This document shows, one piece after another, positions 56,087 to 64,000 of a DNA stretch of 64,000 nucleotides (positions within the stretch are counted from its first letter, which is position 1; each line of letters starts with the position of its first letter). This stretch comes from an uncultured Methanosarcinales archaeon (lineage in GTDB: Archaea; Nanobdellota; Nanobdellia; Woesearchaeales; CAZYIM01), in assembly GCA_964647565.1 (NCBI GenBank), contig CAZYIM010000009.1:1-64000 (forward strand), given 5' to 3'. The position numbers and the translations under genes are program-made. The notes under the pieces are model-generated. The model did no database searches and was not told the origin of the DNA. It saw only the letters and a list, made by a program, of their open reading frames with translations.

Positions 56087-57403
56087 ATGAAAAAAATAGT
56101 ATTAGCTATAGCTATATTGTCTGTCTTGATGACAGAATTGATCAGTGCAGAGGTCTTGATAACAGAGGTGCTTTATGACCCTGTGACCTCAACTGCAGAA
56201 GCAGTTGAATTGTATAATATTGGCGGCCAAACAATTGATATCTCTGGCTGGAAACTGGCAACAGAAGCATCTTTGCAGGATGCCACTATTCCAGATAACG
56301 TTAGTCTGGAACCTGGACAACACTATCTTGTCACAGATCCTGGTTTTGCAGCCAACAAGGATAACAGCTCATGGCCCGATCCAGATTATGAAGAGACTAT
56401 ACAACTCTACAACGATAATTCAGGCGTAGCTATCATCAACGGCAACATAACTTCAGATGCTGTTGGTTGGGGTGATGCTGTTGATATTGATGCAGGTTTT
56501 TTCGAAGGGGTTCCTGCAGCTGATTGTTCAAAAGGAGAAAGTCTTCAAAGAATTTACAGTAGTTCCTTTGCAGACAGTAACAACAACTCAATAGATTTTT
56601 TCTGCGGATATCCTGAGCTGAAAAACAGTGTGCTAGTTGAAGAAGATGAAGAGGAAATCAACAATTCTCCAGAAATCAACTCTACAAACGGAATTACAAT
56701 CAATCTGGAAGTTGAGAACTCAAATCCAGTTGTCCATGAAATAACTCTTGATCAAGACGATAGTTCAGAAGTGGGAATACAACTAATGCCCATCGCCGGC
56801 CAGACAAAAGATATCTTTATCCAAACCATTGTGAGCGATGAAAATGGAATTGACGATATAGACTCAGTAGAAGTTGAAATTGGACCAATAACCAGATCAC
56901 TATGGAAACAACAGGAACTGAATACAACATCAGCCATATATAATGTCAGTGTCGGATTGGATTTTTTTATGCCAGCAGGTAACTACCAGCTTTTTGTCTC
57001 TGCAAAAGACAGGGGAAATACAACTGGCTTACAGACCGAGGATCTTGAATATAAAAGCCTAAGTGCTATTGATGTTGATTCACAGATCGCTTTATCTGCG
57101 TTTGCTGGAAATGAAAAAAACCAATCGATAGAGATACGGAATCTTGGAAACACAATTGTAAATGTGGAACTCTCAGGAACAGACCTTGAAAATGAAAAAG
57201 GTATTATTCCTGTCAGCAGCATATTTTACTCCTTCGACAACTTCTTGACATCTACATTGTTGTCAAAGACTGCTGAGTTGCAGAGTATCAATCTACAGCC
57301 AGGAGAGAATTCTGGCAAGTTCATGGATCTAAGCATAAGGATTCCAGAAGGTTCAGATGCAGGAAGTTATTCAGGAACCATATTTGTGAACACAGTTGAT
57401 TGA
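56087..57403 (+). CDS. secreted lamin-tail-domain protein
   Basis: signal peptide; VLITEVLYDP...VELYN...IDISGWKL. Confidence 0.85.
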   Translation: MKKIVLAIAILSVLMTELISAEVLITEVLYDPVTSTAEAVELYNIGGQTIDISGWKLATEASLQDATIPDNVSLEPGQHYLVTDPGFAANKDNSSWPDPDYEETIQLYNDNSGVAIINGNITSDAVGWGDAVDIDAGFFEGVPAADCSKGESLQRIYSSSFADSNNNSIDFFCGYPELKNSVLVEEDEEEINNSPEINSTNGITINLEVENSNPVVHEITLDQDDSSEVGIQLMPIAGQTKDIFIQTIVSDENGIDDIDSVEVEIGPITRSLWKQQELNTTSAIYNVSVGLDFFMPAGNYQLFVSAKDRGNTTGLQTEDLEYKSLSAIDVDSQIALSAFAGNEKNQSIEIRNLGNTIVNVELSGTDLENEKGIIPVSSIFYSFDNFLTSTLLSKTAELQSINLQPGENSGKFMDLSIRIPEGSDAGSYSGTIFVNTVD

Positions 57404-57404
57404 A

Positions 57405-58541
57405 ATGAAAATTATTTTTTTTATTCTTATTCTACAATTATGTTCGTGCAGCCTGGCGAGTGCCCTCACTCTCGGAGTTTCCCCCTCTGACATCAGCCTG
57501 ACACTCGCCAAAAGCACGACTGCAAAAAAAGAATTCTACATCCAGGCCTATGATAGCCTCCCAGTAAATTTGACTATTGAGACAGAAGGTAGGCTAGAAA
57601 GCTCAATAAAACCATCTCGAAGAAAACTAACGCTAAATAATGAAACTAAAAAGCTTTCATTTAAAATAACTGCACCAGAACATCTAGAAAATAATGTATA
57701 TGCTGGCAGGATTGTAATCAAGCCAGATATAGATAAAAAATTTCTGAATATGGTACCATCTGTCTCGCTAAAGATAAATCTTAACATAACAGGAGAGGAG
57801 GTTGTTGACACAAAGATCACAGAATTTCAAGCAGAAGACAGCGAGGAAAACCAAAGCATTTACTTCGACATTAAAATGGAAAATAATGGTAATGTAGTTA
57901 ATTTCCCTATGTTAGTTATCAACATCAGCCAGCTCAATAACAGTTGGGAGTTTCGAAAAGCACTTGGGGAGATCAATCCGGGTGAAGAAAGGATTGATCA
58001 GGTTGAATTCAAAATTGAAAACATTTCTCTAGGCAATTACTCAGCCGTAGCACATCTTGTAATCCAAAACAATAAGACTAATTTAAGCCATAACAATTTC
58101 AGTATATTTTCAAAAGGAACTTTTTCAAGAAATGCATCTATAAAGAACATAACGTTTTCTGCTCCAATTCAAGACAAGGAAATGAAAATAACTGTCCCGA
58201 TCCAAAATACGGGGAAATTCCCGATTCAAAGTAAAGTAGTTATTGAGATTTACAAGGATCATGTCTTTGAAAAACATATGGAAAGCGAAGAGCTAACAAT
58301 CAAGAGAGATGAAATTAAAGAGATAGACCTATTCTATATACCTGAAGCATCTGGATCTTACACTATCCAGGCTAAAATCTATTATGAAGGTAAAGAGTCA
58401 AAGAAAATTGAAACAGAATTCACAATCAAGAACAATCTCCAGATCATCACAGCCAACATTGTCAAAAGCGAGGCTACAGGTGGTGTTTTCATTATAGCAT
58501 TGATATTAATCGGGTTTTTCATCTGGAGGCGATTAAAATGA
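57405..58541 (+). CDS. surface protein with Ig-like domains and C-terminal TM anchor
   Basis: signal peptide, LGVSP, N.GN motifs, C-terminal hydrophobic helix followed by RRLK. Confidence 0.75.
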   Translation: MKIIFFILILQLCSCSLASALTLGVSPSDISLTLAKSTTAKKEFYIQAYDSLPVNLTIETEGRLESSIKPSRRKLTLNNETKKLSFKITAPEHLENNVYAGRIVIKPDIDKKFLNMVPSVSLKINLNITGEEVVDTKITEFQAEDSEENQSIYFDIKMENNGNVVNFPMLVINISQLNNSWEFRKALGEINPGEERIDQVEFKIENISLGNYSAVAHLVIQNNKTNLSHNNFSIFSKGTFSRNASIKNITFSAPIQDKEMKITVPIQNTGKFPIQSKVVIEIYKDHVFEKHMESEELTIKRDEIKEIDLFYIPEASGSYTIQAKIYYEGKESKKIETEFTIKNNLQIITANIVKSEATGGVFIIALILIGFFIWRRLK

Positions 58542-58639
58542 AATTGCATCGATCCGACGAGGATTTAAAATCTAATCTCATCGAACGTTTTTTATATGTG
58601 AGTACACATATTACACATATAAAACCAAAAGGTGATAGT

Positions 58640-58858
58640 ATGCCGAACATGACCTTGTCGATACCAAAGGAACTACACAACATCGTAAAACAACACTCTG
58701 AGATTAAATGGAGTGAGATAGCCAGGAGGGCAATGTGGATTCAAGCCAGAAAGTTGAAACTAATGGACGAATTAACAAAAAAAAGTAAACTATCTGAAAA
58801 AGACATAGAAGAACTAGACCATAAAATAAAAGCAGGACTTCTGAAAAGGTTTGTGTGA
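58640..58858 (+). CDS. ribbon-helix-helix antitoxin
   Basis: MPNMTLSIPKELH...EIKWSEIARRA; GGTGA RBS; coupled to the PIN gene. Confidence 0.8.
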   Translation: MPNMTLSIPKELHNIVKQHSEIKWSEIARRAMWIQARKLKLMDELTKKSKLSEKDIEELDHKIKAGLLKRFV

Positions 58859-59268
58859 TGAAACTTATTATAGATACCAATGTAATTTTATCTGCCCTAC
58901 TTAGAAAATGTCTAACTAGAAAGATCATTCTTTCCCAAAATGTTGAATAATACATAACAGATTATGTAATAGATGAAATAAACAAATACAGGAGTTACAT
59001 AGTTGAGAAATCTGCCCTATCTCCTAAAGAATTAAAAATTCTCTTCAATTTAATAATGGCGAACCTAGTCATAATCTCTGAGAAAGAAGTGAAATTAAAA
59101 ATAAAAGAAGCTACAGAAATAATGAAAAATATAGATCCAAAAGATGCACCTATTGTTGCATGCGCATTATCAGTACAAAATGAAGGAATTTGGAGTGAAT
59201 ATAAGCATTTATTTAAACAAAAGATAATAAAAGTATGGCATACCCAAGATTTGATGAAATTTATTTAA
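58858..59268 (+). pseudogene. PIN-domain (VapC-like) toxin with an in-frame TAA at 58948-58950
   Basis: MKLIIDTNVILSALL...NVE*YITDY... continues in frame into DPKDAPIVACAL. Confidence 0.8.
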
Positions 59269-59280
59269 TAATATTCTAGG

Positions 59281-59538
59281 TTATCTCTTTTCCCTTTTTT
59301 TCAGCCACCACTTCTTGATAAACGGCAGTGTTAAAGTAGACAGCACGAAACCTGCAGTCGGCACCAAGGCAGATAGCAATGGCATCGGCGCTTTGATTGC
59401 CAATAGAAAGAGAACCACAATAACATAAGTCATCAAAGCAATCGTGATCCTGCGAAAAGCGCTGACCTCCCAGGCCTTATCTCCCTCGACACGCTGGTTT
59501 CGCTTTTTTATTTCCTGAACGTCTTTTTCAAGGTCCAT
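59281..59538 (-). CDS. small two-TM membrane protein
   Basis: IKKRNQRVEGDKAWEVS...ALVPTAGFVLSTLTLP; start taken at MDLEK. Confidence 0.75.
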   Translation of the reverse strand: MDLEKDVQEIKKRNQRVEGDKAWEVSAFRRITIALMTYVIVVLFLLAIKAPMPLLSALVPTAGFVLSTLTLPFIKKWWLKKREKR

Positions 59539-59601
59539 AGAACATATAATAAAAGTTAAATATTTAAAACTATTGGATTTAAATATCCATATGCTCGACA
59601 C

Positions 59602-60159
59602 TTAATCTAGAAAGTTTTGTTCATAAGCAGCAAGCAAACCAGTATAAAGTGCAGGATCTTTGATCTCTTTGGCTTGCCTTGCGGATAATCCATCTGGAAG
59701 CACTACTTTGGAATCATCTACAATGAACTCATTCATAAACTCTACTGTCTTTTTAGGATTATTGATCAATGCATCACTAACAAGGGTAATCTTATATTTA
59801 TCACCTTGCGGCTCGAGTATCCTGAAAATAATACCAGGAGTCATATAGTTAAAAGTCCCTTCATCAGCATCATAGATGCCTTCTCGCTCACTGAACAAGT
59901 CATCAAATTTGTACTTGGTAAGAACATAAGCCATAGCATTCTTGCCTTTATACTCAAAATCTCTTGCTAGGTATTGGACAGGATCCCCGCTGACTTCATT
60001 GCCTTCCCTAGCGTCTCCGTGCGTCAGCACATCTTCAAGTATCTTTCCAGGAACACCCCTATCAAAGTAAGTTGCTGCATCATGATCAACCTTTATTTGA
60101 CAGCTGCTAAATATGGTTGTCATCAACAATGCGGTAAATAATGTCTTAAACGGTTTCAT
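59602..60159 (-). CDS. hypothetical lipoprotein
   Basis: signal-like N-terminus ending FSSC. Confidence 0.65.
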   Translation of the reverse strand: MKPFKTLFTALLMTTIFSSCQIKVDHDAATYFDRGVPGKILEDVLTHGDAREGNEVSGDPVQYLARDFEYKGKNAMAYVLTKYKFDDLFSEREGIYDADEGTFNYMTPGIIFRILEPQGDKYKITLVSDALINNPKKTVEFMNEFIVDDSKVVLPDGLSARQAKEIKDPALYTGLLAAYEQNFLD

Positions 60160-60214
60160 TTTAAACAGGGAATGCCTCAAAATTTATAAATGTTGCGTCA
60201 TTTACTCCTTATTC

Positions 60215-60796
60215 ATGGCAATAACCTCTATAATCGGAGCACCAGGCGTTGGTAAGTCATTTCTGACCCAACAATTAGCAGCGTTAGACTGTCTACCATG
60301 CTTTCTTGAAGGCGAGGAAGGCATCATCCCTGATGATGTTTTTGAGTCCTGTTTCACAGGCAATCCTGTCAAAAGGTTTACATGGTTCATAGACAGGTTC
60401 AAGAAGAACATGGCAAGAGCAAAAAAGATCTCTGATTCAGGCATCACCTGCTATGTTGACGGCGCAGCCATCACAGACACAGCCATCATGCTCTATGAAG
60501 ATAAAAAGTACCACTCCCAGCTAAAACCCATTGTTGATTCTGCAGCACATCTCGAATCAGATATCACTGTTCTTGTAACTGCAAGCGAAGCAAGACTCAA
60601 AGAACTAATCCTGGCGAGAGGCAGGCAGTCTGAACCTGTAGAAAAGGCTTTAAAGCGAGCAATCAAGATCCAGAACATCTTCCTTAAACTAATCAAGGAT
60701 GAACAGAACTGTATCCTTATCGATAGATCAAATCTTGATTTTAAAAAAGAAAAAGATCTAAAAGAAATAAATGAAAAAATAAAAAAAATAAAATAA
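60215..60796 (+). CDS. deoxynucleoside/nucleotide kinase-like P-loop protein
   Basis: IIGAPGVGKS Walker A; ILARGR lid motif. Confidence 0.75.
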   Translation: MAITSIIGAPGVGKSFLTQQLAALDCLPCFLEGEEGIIPDDVFESCFTGNPVKRFTWFIDRFKKNMARAKKISDSGITCYVDGAAITDTAIMLYEDKKYHSQLKPIVDSAAHLESDITVLVTASEARLKELILARGRQSEPVEKALKRAIKIQNIFLKLIKDEQNCILIDRSNLDFKKEKDLKEINEKIKKIK

Positions 60797-60797
60797 A

Positions 60798-62246
60798 CTA
60801 GTGGCCTCCTTGTCTGGCTCTCCTATCTGCTTCTTCTCTTCGCCTTTTCTCTCTTTCCTTTTCATCCTTGACAGACAATATATTTTTCTCTATTACCTTT
60901 CTTTTCTCAAGTTCATCAAGCACTTCAGTCTTTATCTTAGCGTTCCTGATCTGGTCTGGTTTGTCTCTCAACAATCCAAGCCGTCTGTAAAGCTTGGCCA
61001 TTTGAGGTAAGCTTTCATCATAGAGTCTTGCCAGTTCATTTCTCATCTCAACAGGAGAAAAATTATTTGGCTTGAAAACAACCTCTGTAAAATCATAGTG
61101 GTTATAGTTCCAATCAAAGATCCTCTTTGCCTTTTTCATCTTATCAAATTCCTTTGTTCCTGGCAAAGGGGTGAAAGGCAAGAATTGAGCGTCTTTCATA
61201 CCTGATTCATTGACAACCCTTATCGTATTGTCAAATGTTTGCCTATTGTCTCCATCCAGACCGACAACAAAAGTACCCAAAACATCAATATTATATTTTT
61301 CCTGGATCTTTCTTACCCCTTTGACAAAGTAATCTATCAGGCTTTGGCCTTGTTTGAGATTATATTTCTCTCCTGCAAGGGTCTTTAAGCTTTTAGGGGA
61401 CAATGAATCAAATCCTATAAGCACGCCTTGTGCTCCACTATCTCGCATAGCACTCAAAACGCTGTCATATCTGTGCACTGCAAAAGATGTTGATCCAAAC
61501 CAAGGGTGATCCATTGGAATCATGCCCTTGAAAAGTTGCTTGGCTCGCTTCCTTCCAGGTTCTGAAAAAGTAATCAGATTAGGATCTGTAAAATAAACTC
61601 GGTCTCCTTTAGGTATGTTAGACATATCCTCAAGCGTTTTTTTAACGGATGCAGCTTCATAACCTTGGCCATAGACGAATCTTGCACTGCAAAACGCACA
61701 TATCCTGTCACAGCTTACAGATGTCTGTACAGGCCAGTTGATGTTCTTGCCGTATCCCACAACCTCAAATCCTGAAAAATCAGGCGCCTTAAGATCGTTC
61801 ATAGGAGTTCGCTCTCCCTGATAGAAATTCTTTAGCTTGCCCTTTTCAAAGTCTTTTAACATCTGTGGAAATATCTTCTCTCCTGGACCTACACCAACAG
61901 CGTCCACTCTTTTTGCAAAGAATCCTGGGTCAACCCCTGCAACATAACCACCAACCATGATGGCAGTCTCAGTGCCCATTACACCGTCTGCTTCCTCAAT
62001 CTCTTCGATTAGGTCCATTGTCCTTTCTATATTGCAGACATTGCCTCCGCTTAGAGCAACAACATCTACATTCCCCACATGATCGTAGGCATTGAATGGC
62101 TTGACTGTCTCGTCAACTATCTTCTTGTTCCAGTTATCCGGGGTATAAGCCGCCAGATACGCAAGGCTCAGTGCAGGCATCCTGGTATTCATATATAGTG
62201 TTCCTGGATTTACAACATTCACCATTGCAACAGTTTTTTCTGTCAT
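60798..62246 (-). CDS. cobalamin-binding-domain radical SAM protein
   Basis: PALSLAYLAA B12-domain start; CDRICAFC; PFTPLPGT. Confidence 0.88.
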   Translation of the reverse strand: MTEKTVAMVNVVNPGTLYMNTRMPALSLAYLAAYTPDNWNKKIVDETVKPFNAYDHVGNVDVVALSGGNVCNIERTMDLIEEIEEADGVMGTETAIMVGGYVAGVDPGFFAKRVDAVGVGPGEKIFPQMLKDFEKGKLKNFYQGERTPMNDLKAPDFSGFEVVGYGKNINWPVQTSVSCDRICAFCSARFVYGQGYEAASVKKTLEDMSNIPKGDRVYFTDPNLITFSEPGRKRAKQLFKGMIPMDHPWFGSTSFAVHRYDSVLSAMRDSGAQGVLIGFDSLSPKSLKTLAGEKYNLKQGQSLIDYFVKGVRKIQEKYNIDVLGTFVVGLDGDNRQTFDNTIRVVNESGMKDAQFLPFTPLPGTKEFDKMKKAKRIFDWNYNHYDFTEVVFKPNNFSPVEMRNELARLYDESLPQMAKLYRRLGLLRDKPDQIRNAKIKTEVLDELEKRKVIEKNILSVKDEKEREKRRREEADRRARQGGH

Positions 62247-62272
62247 ATTGATCTCCTCCTAGTTTTAGTTAA

Positions 62273-64000
62273 TTATCTTTTCAGATGGTTTTTTGAAATA
62301 TATCTGAACATCATATCATCTGTCTTGGTCTTGAGCATCTCTCCAATCTTCTGATCGCCAACACCTACAGCTCTCATTCGATCTACGAAAGCAACATATG
62401 GCTCTGCAAGCTCTGCCTTATGCTCATTGAAATAGGCCTGTTTGGCCTGTGTAATGTTAAATGTAAGGCTGGCTCCTACCATGCTTTGATACTGTTTTTT
62501 TAGCCGCGGATTTAATTCATCTTGTTTTTCGTCTTTATCTTTGGCCAACTCAAGGTCTCCCAATGTGCATTCGATTGTACCACATGGGAATGTTACCCGG
62601 ACCTCTTCGTCAGGATCATCAGGATCATAGACCTCATCAATAGTCCCGACCTTCCTGCTCGGACAGTAATATTCACTGCTCTTCTTTACTCTAACCTGAG
62701 AATCGTCAGTTATATGTTCTGAGTTATCATCAGCAGGATCACTAATCAGCATTACTGGCATCAATTCACTTGCTTTTATTTTATAATAACTTTCAGGAAA
62801 ATCTCCAAAAGGCACGAAATCCAGCTCACTATCCATCCGTCCAGCTGTGCCAATGGGCAGCTCTTCAACACTGGTTCCTCCGGCATATTCATTGCCGTTT
62901 TCAGAAGTGTGGGTGACTGCAATATCATCCCTATTTAACCGACCTCCTTCTTTTTGTCCTGTTATCGAAAGCATATAGAACTTGATATCCTGAGAAGCTG
63001 CACCTTGCCTGGCTTCCTTCTCAAACTGTTCAAAATCCTCCCTGTCAAACGCAGTTCTGGAATAGGTAAAAACAATACCTGTTGATCTCTGTAATGTCTT
63101 CTGCACCAGATTGTATATACTTGTATAATCATATTGGGATTTTACATGATCCAACTTATCCAGTGCAGATGTTGAGGGCAATAAACCTGAAAACTTCTTA
63201 AGATGTTCATTTGAAAGATTAGCCTGATAGAATGCCTTGATATAAGGCCGTTCAATGCCAAGCTCACTCATGTTTTCAACACCCATCCTTATCAGGACTT
63301 TCTCTTCCTCGACTGGATCAATTTCTTTATGCCTATATTCATCAGCGATCTTGGATAAAGATCTCCGAAGTCTCTTCTTCTTAAGTCTATGACTATTTTC
63401 CCTAAAATGATACCTGCCTAATTTAAACAAAAAGCCTCCGAATTCAAAAATATTGACTGCAGTATCCTTAACAGTATGAGGTGTCCAGTCAAACAATGCA
63501 AACTGGGTCCTGTTTGAAACCTCCTTTGTAGCTTCTGTAGTCCATTCAACTGCATCATCCAGTCTAAGTGCCCTGTATGGTTTGGTCATCTGCCAGCGTA
63601 TATCTGACCATGAGACATTGCGTAGAAGATCTGATATTCCATCCTTGGCTCTATCAAGCTTCAACTTATGCCCAAGATCCGACATACTATCCTTGGCCCT
63701 GTCCAATTTCAGCTGTCTACCAAGATTTGACAGCCTGTTCTTGGCCTTGTCCAGCTTCAGGTACTGCTTGATTGATTCTGGCATCTTAATCTTAATACAT
63801 GGTTCCTTAACAATTCTAACCTGGTCTTTACGTATATCCCAGGTTACAATTGGATGATCAGGATCTTTGGATAGATGATGAAACTCAATATAATAAGCTT
63901 CATCTGTCTCTCTCTTAACATAACCCCAACTACCTTCTTTAGAATAGTTATAGCCGGCTCCATTAATGACTTCAGCCTTAGGCCTGCCCTCGGCATCACG
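62273..64000 (-). CDS. large hypothetical protein, open to the window edge, with 16-aa repeats and SH3-like segments
   Basis: the frame has no stop from 64000 down to the ATG at 63784 (RDAEGRPK...KIKMPES). Confidence 0.7.
   Translation of the reverse strand, partial: RDAEGRPKAEVINGAGYNYSKEGSWGYVKRETDEAYYIEFHHLSKDPDHPIVTWDIRKDQVRIVKEPCIKIKMPESIKQYLKLDKAKNRLSNLGRQLKLDRAKDSMSDLGHKLKLDRAKDGISDLLRNVSWSDIRWQMTKPYRALRLDDAVEWTTEATKEVSNRTQFALFDWTPHTVKDTAVNIFEFGGFLFKLGRYHFRENSHRLKKKRLRRSLSKIADEYRHKEIDPVEEEKVLIRMGVENMSELGIERPYIKAFYQANLSNEHLKKFSGLLPSTSALDKLDHVKSQYDYTSIYNLVQKTLQRSTGIVFTYSRTAFDREDFEQFEKEARQGAASQDIKFYMLSITGQKEGGRLNRDDIAVTHTSENGNEYAGGTSVEELPIGTAGRMDSELDFVPFGDFPESYYKIKASELMPVMLISDPADDNSEHITDDSQVRVKKSSEYYCPSRKVGTIDEVYDPDDPDEEVRVTFPCGTIECTLGDLELAKDKDEKQDELNPRLKKQYQSMVGASLTFNITQAKQAYFNEHKAELAEPYVAFVDRMRAVGVGDQKIGEMLKTKTDDMMFRYISKNHLKR
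63617..63760 (-). repeat. three tandem 48-bp coding repeats
   Basis: LKLDKAKNRLSNLGRQ / LKLDRAKDSMSDLGHK / LKLDRAKDGISDLLRN. Confidence 0.8.

Noticed and set aside
59281..59538. N-terminus MDLEKDVQEIKKRN resembles the array leader
   Set aside because: Residue 2 is Asp, Leu14 and the later hydrophobic positions are missing, the gene is 29 kb away, and the helix runs into its own RN.RVE.DKAWE motif; probably coincidental.

Overview
Archaeal chromosome segment, most likely from a DPANN lineage such as Woesearchaeota (inference from an intron-containing tRNA-Thr with a BHB motif, CarS, PurO, NucS, Nre, TrmB regulators and BRE/TATA promoters). The first ~30.5 kb is a nearly all plus-strand accessory locus. 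It opens with a core block: Mrr-like PD-(D/E)xK nuclease, coiled-coil protein, AAA+ ATPase, second coiled-coil protein, LDH/MDH-like domain fused to a probable beta-propeller, PP2C phosphatase and Hanks-type Ser/Thr kinase. Directly after the kinase come 19 tightly packed genes (9859-30468) with unrelated bodies: TPR, PQQ/BamB-like propellers, membrane-anchored NHL propellers, a GXGXG beta-helix and unknown domains. All 19 start with the same ~20-aa leader, M-[SPTAG]-L-E-[EK]-[DE]-[IV]-x-K-x-[KR]-[KR]-x-L-x-x-[LMI]-x-[IF]. A 20th, bodiless copy of the leader (MPLEEDINNP*) closes the array. This leader-tagged array with its ATPase/kinase/phosphatase core is the candidate undescribed system. The rest (30.5-64 kb) is mostly housekeeping and small accessory genes: purine synthesis, ether-lipid synthesis, DNA repair, tRNA thiolation, two toxin-antitoxin modules (one with a nonsense-inactivated PIN toxin), surface proteins and a radical SAM enzyme. 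All calls come from reading motifs by eye; no database search was run.
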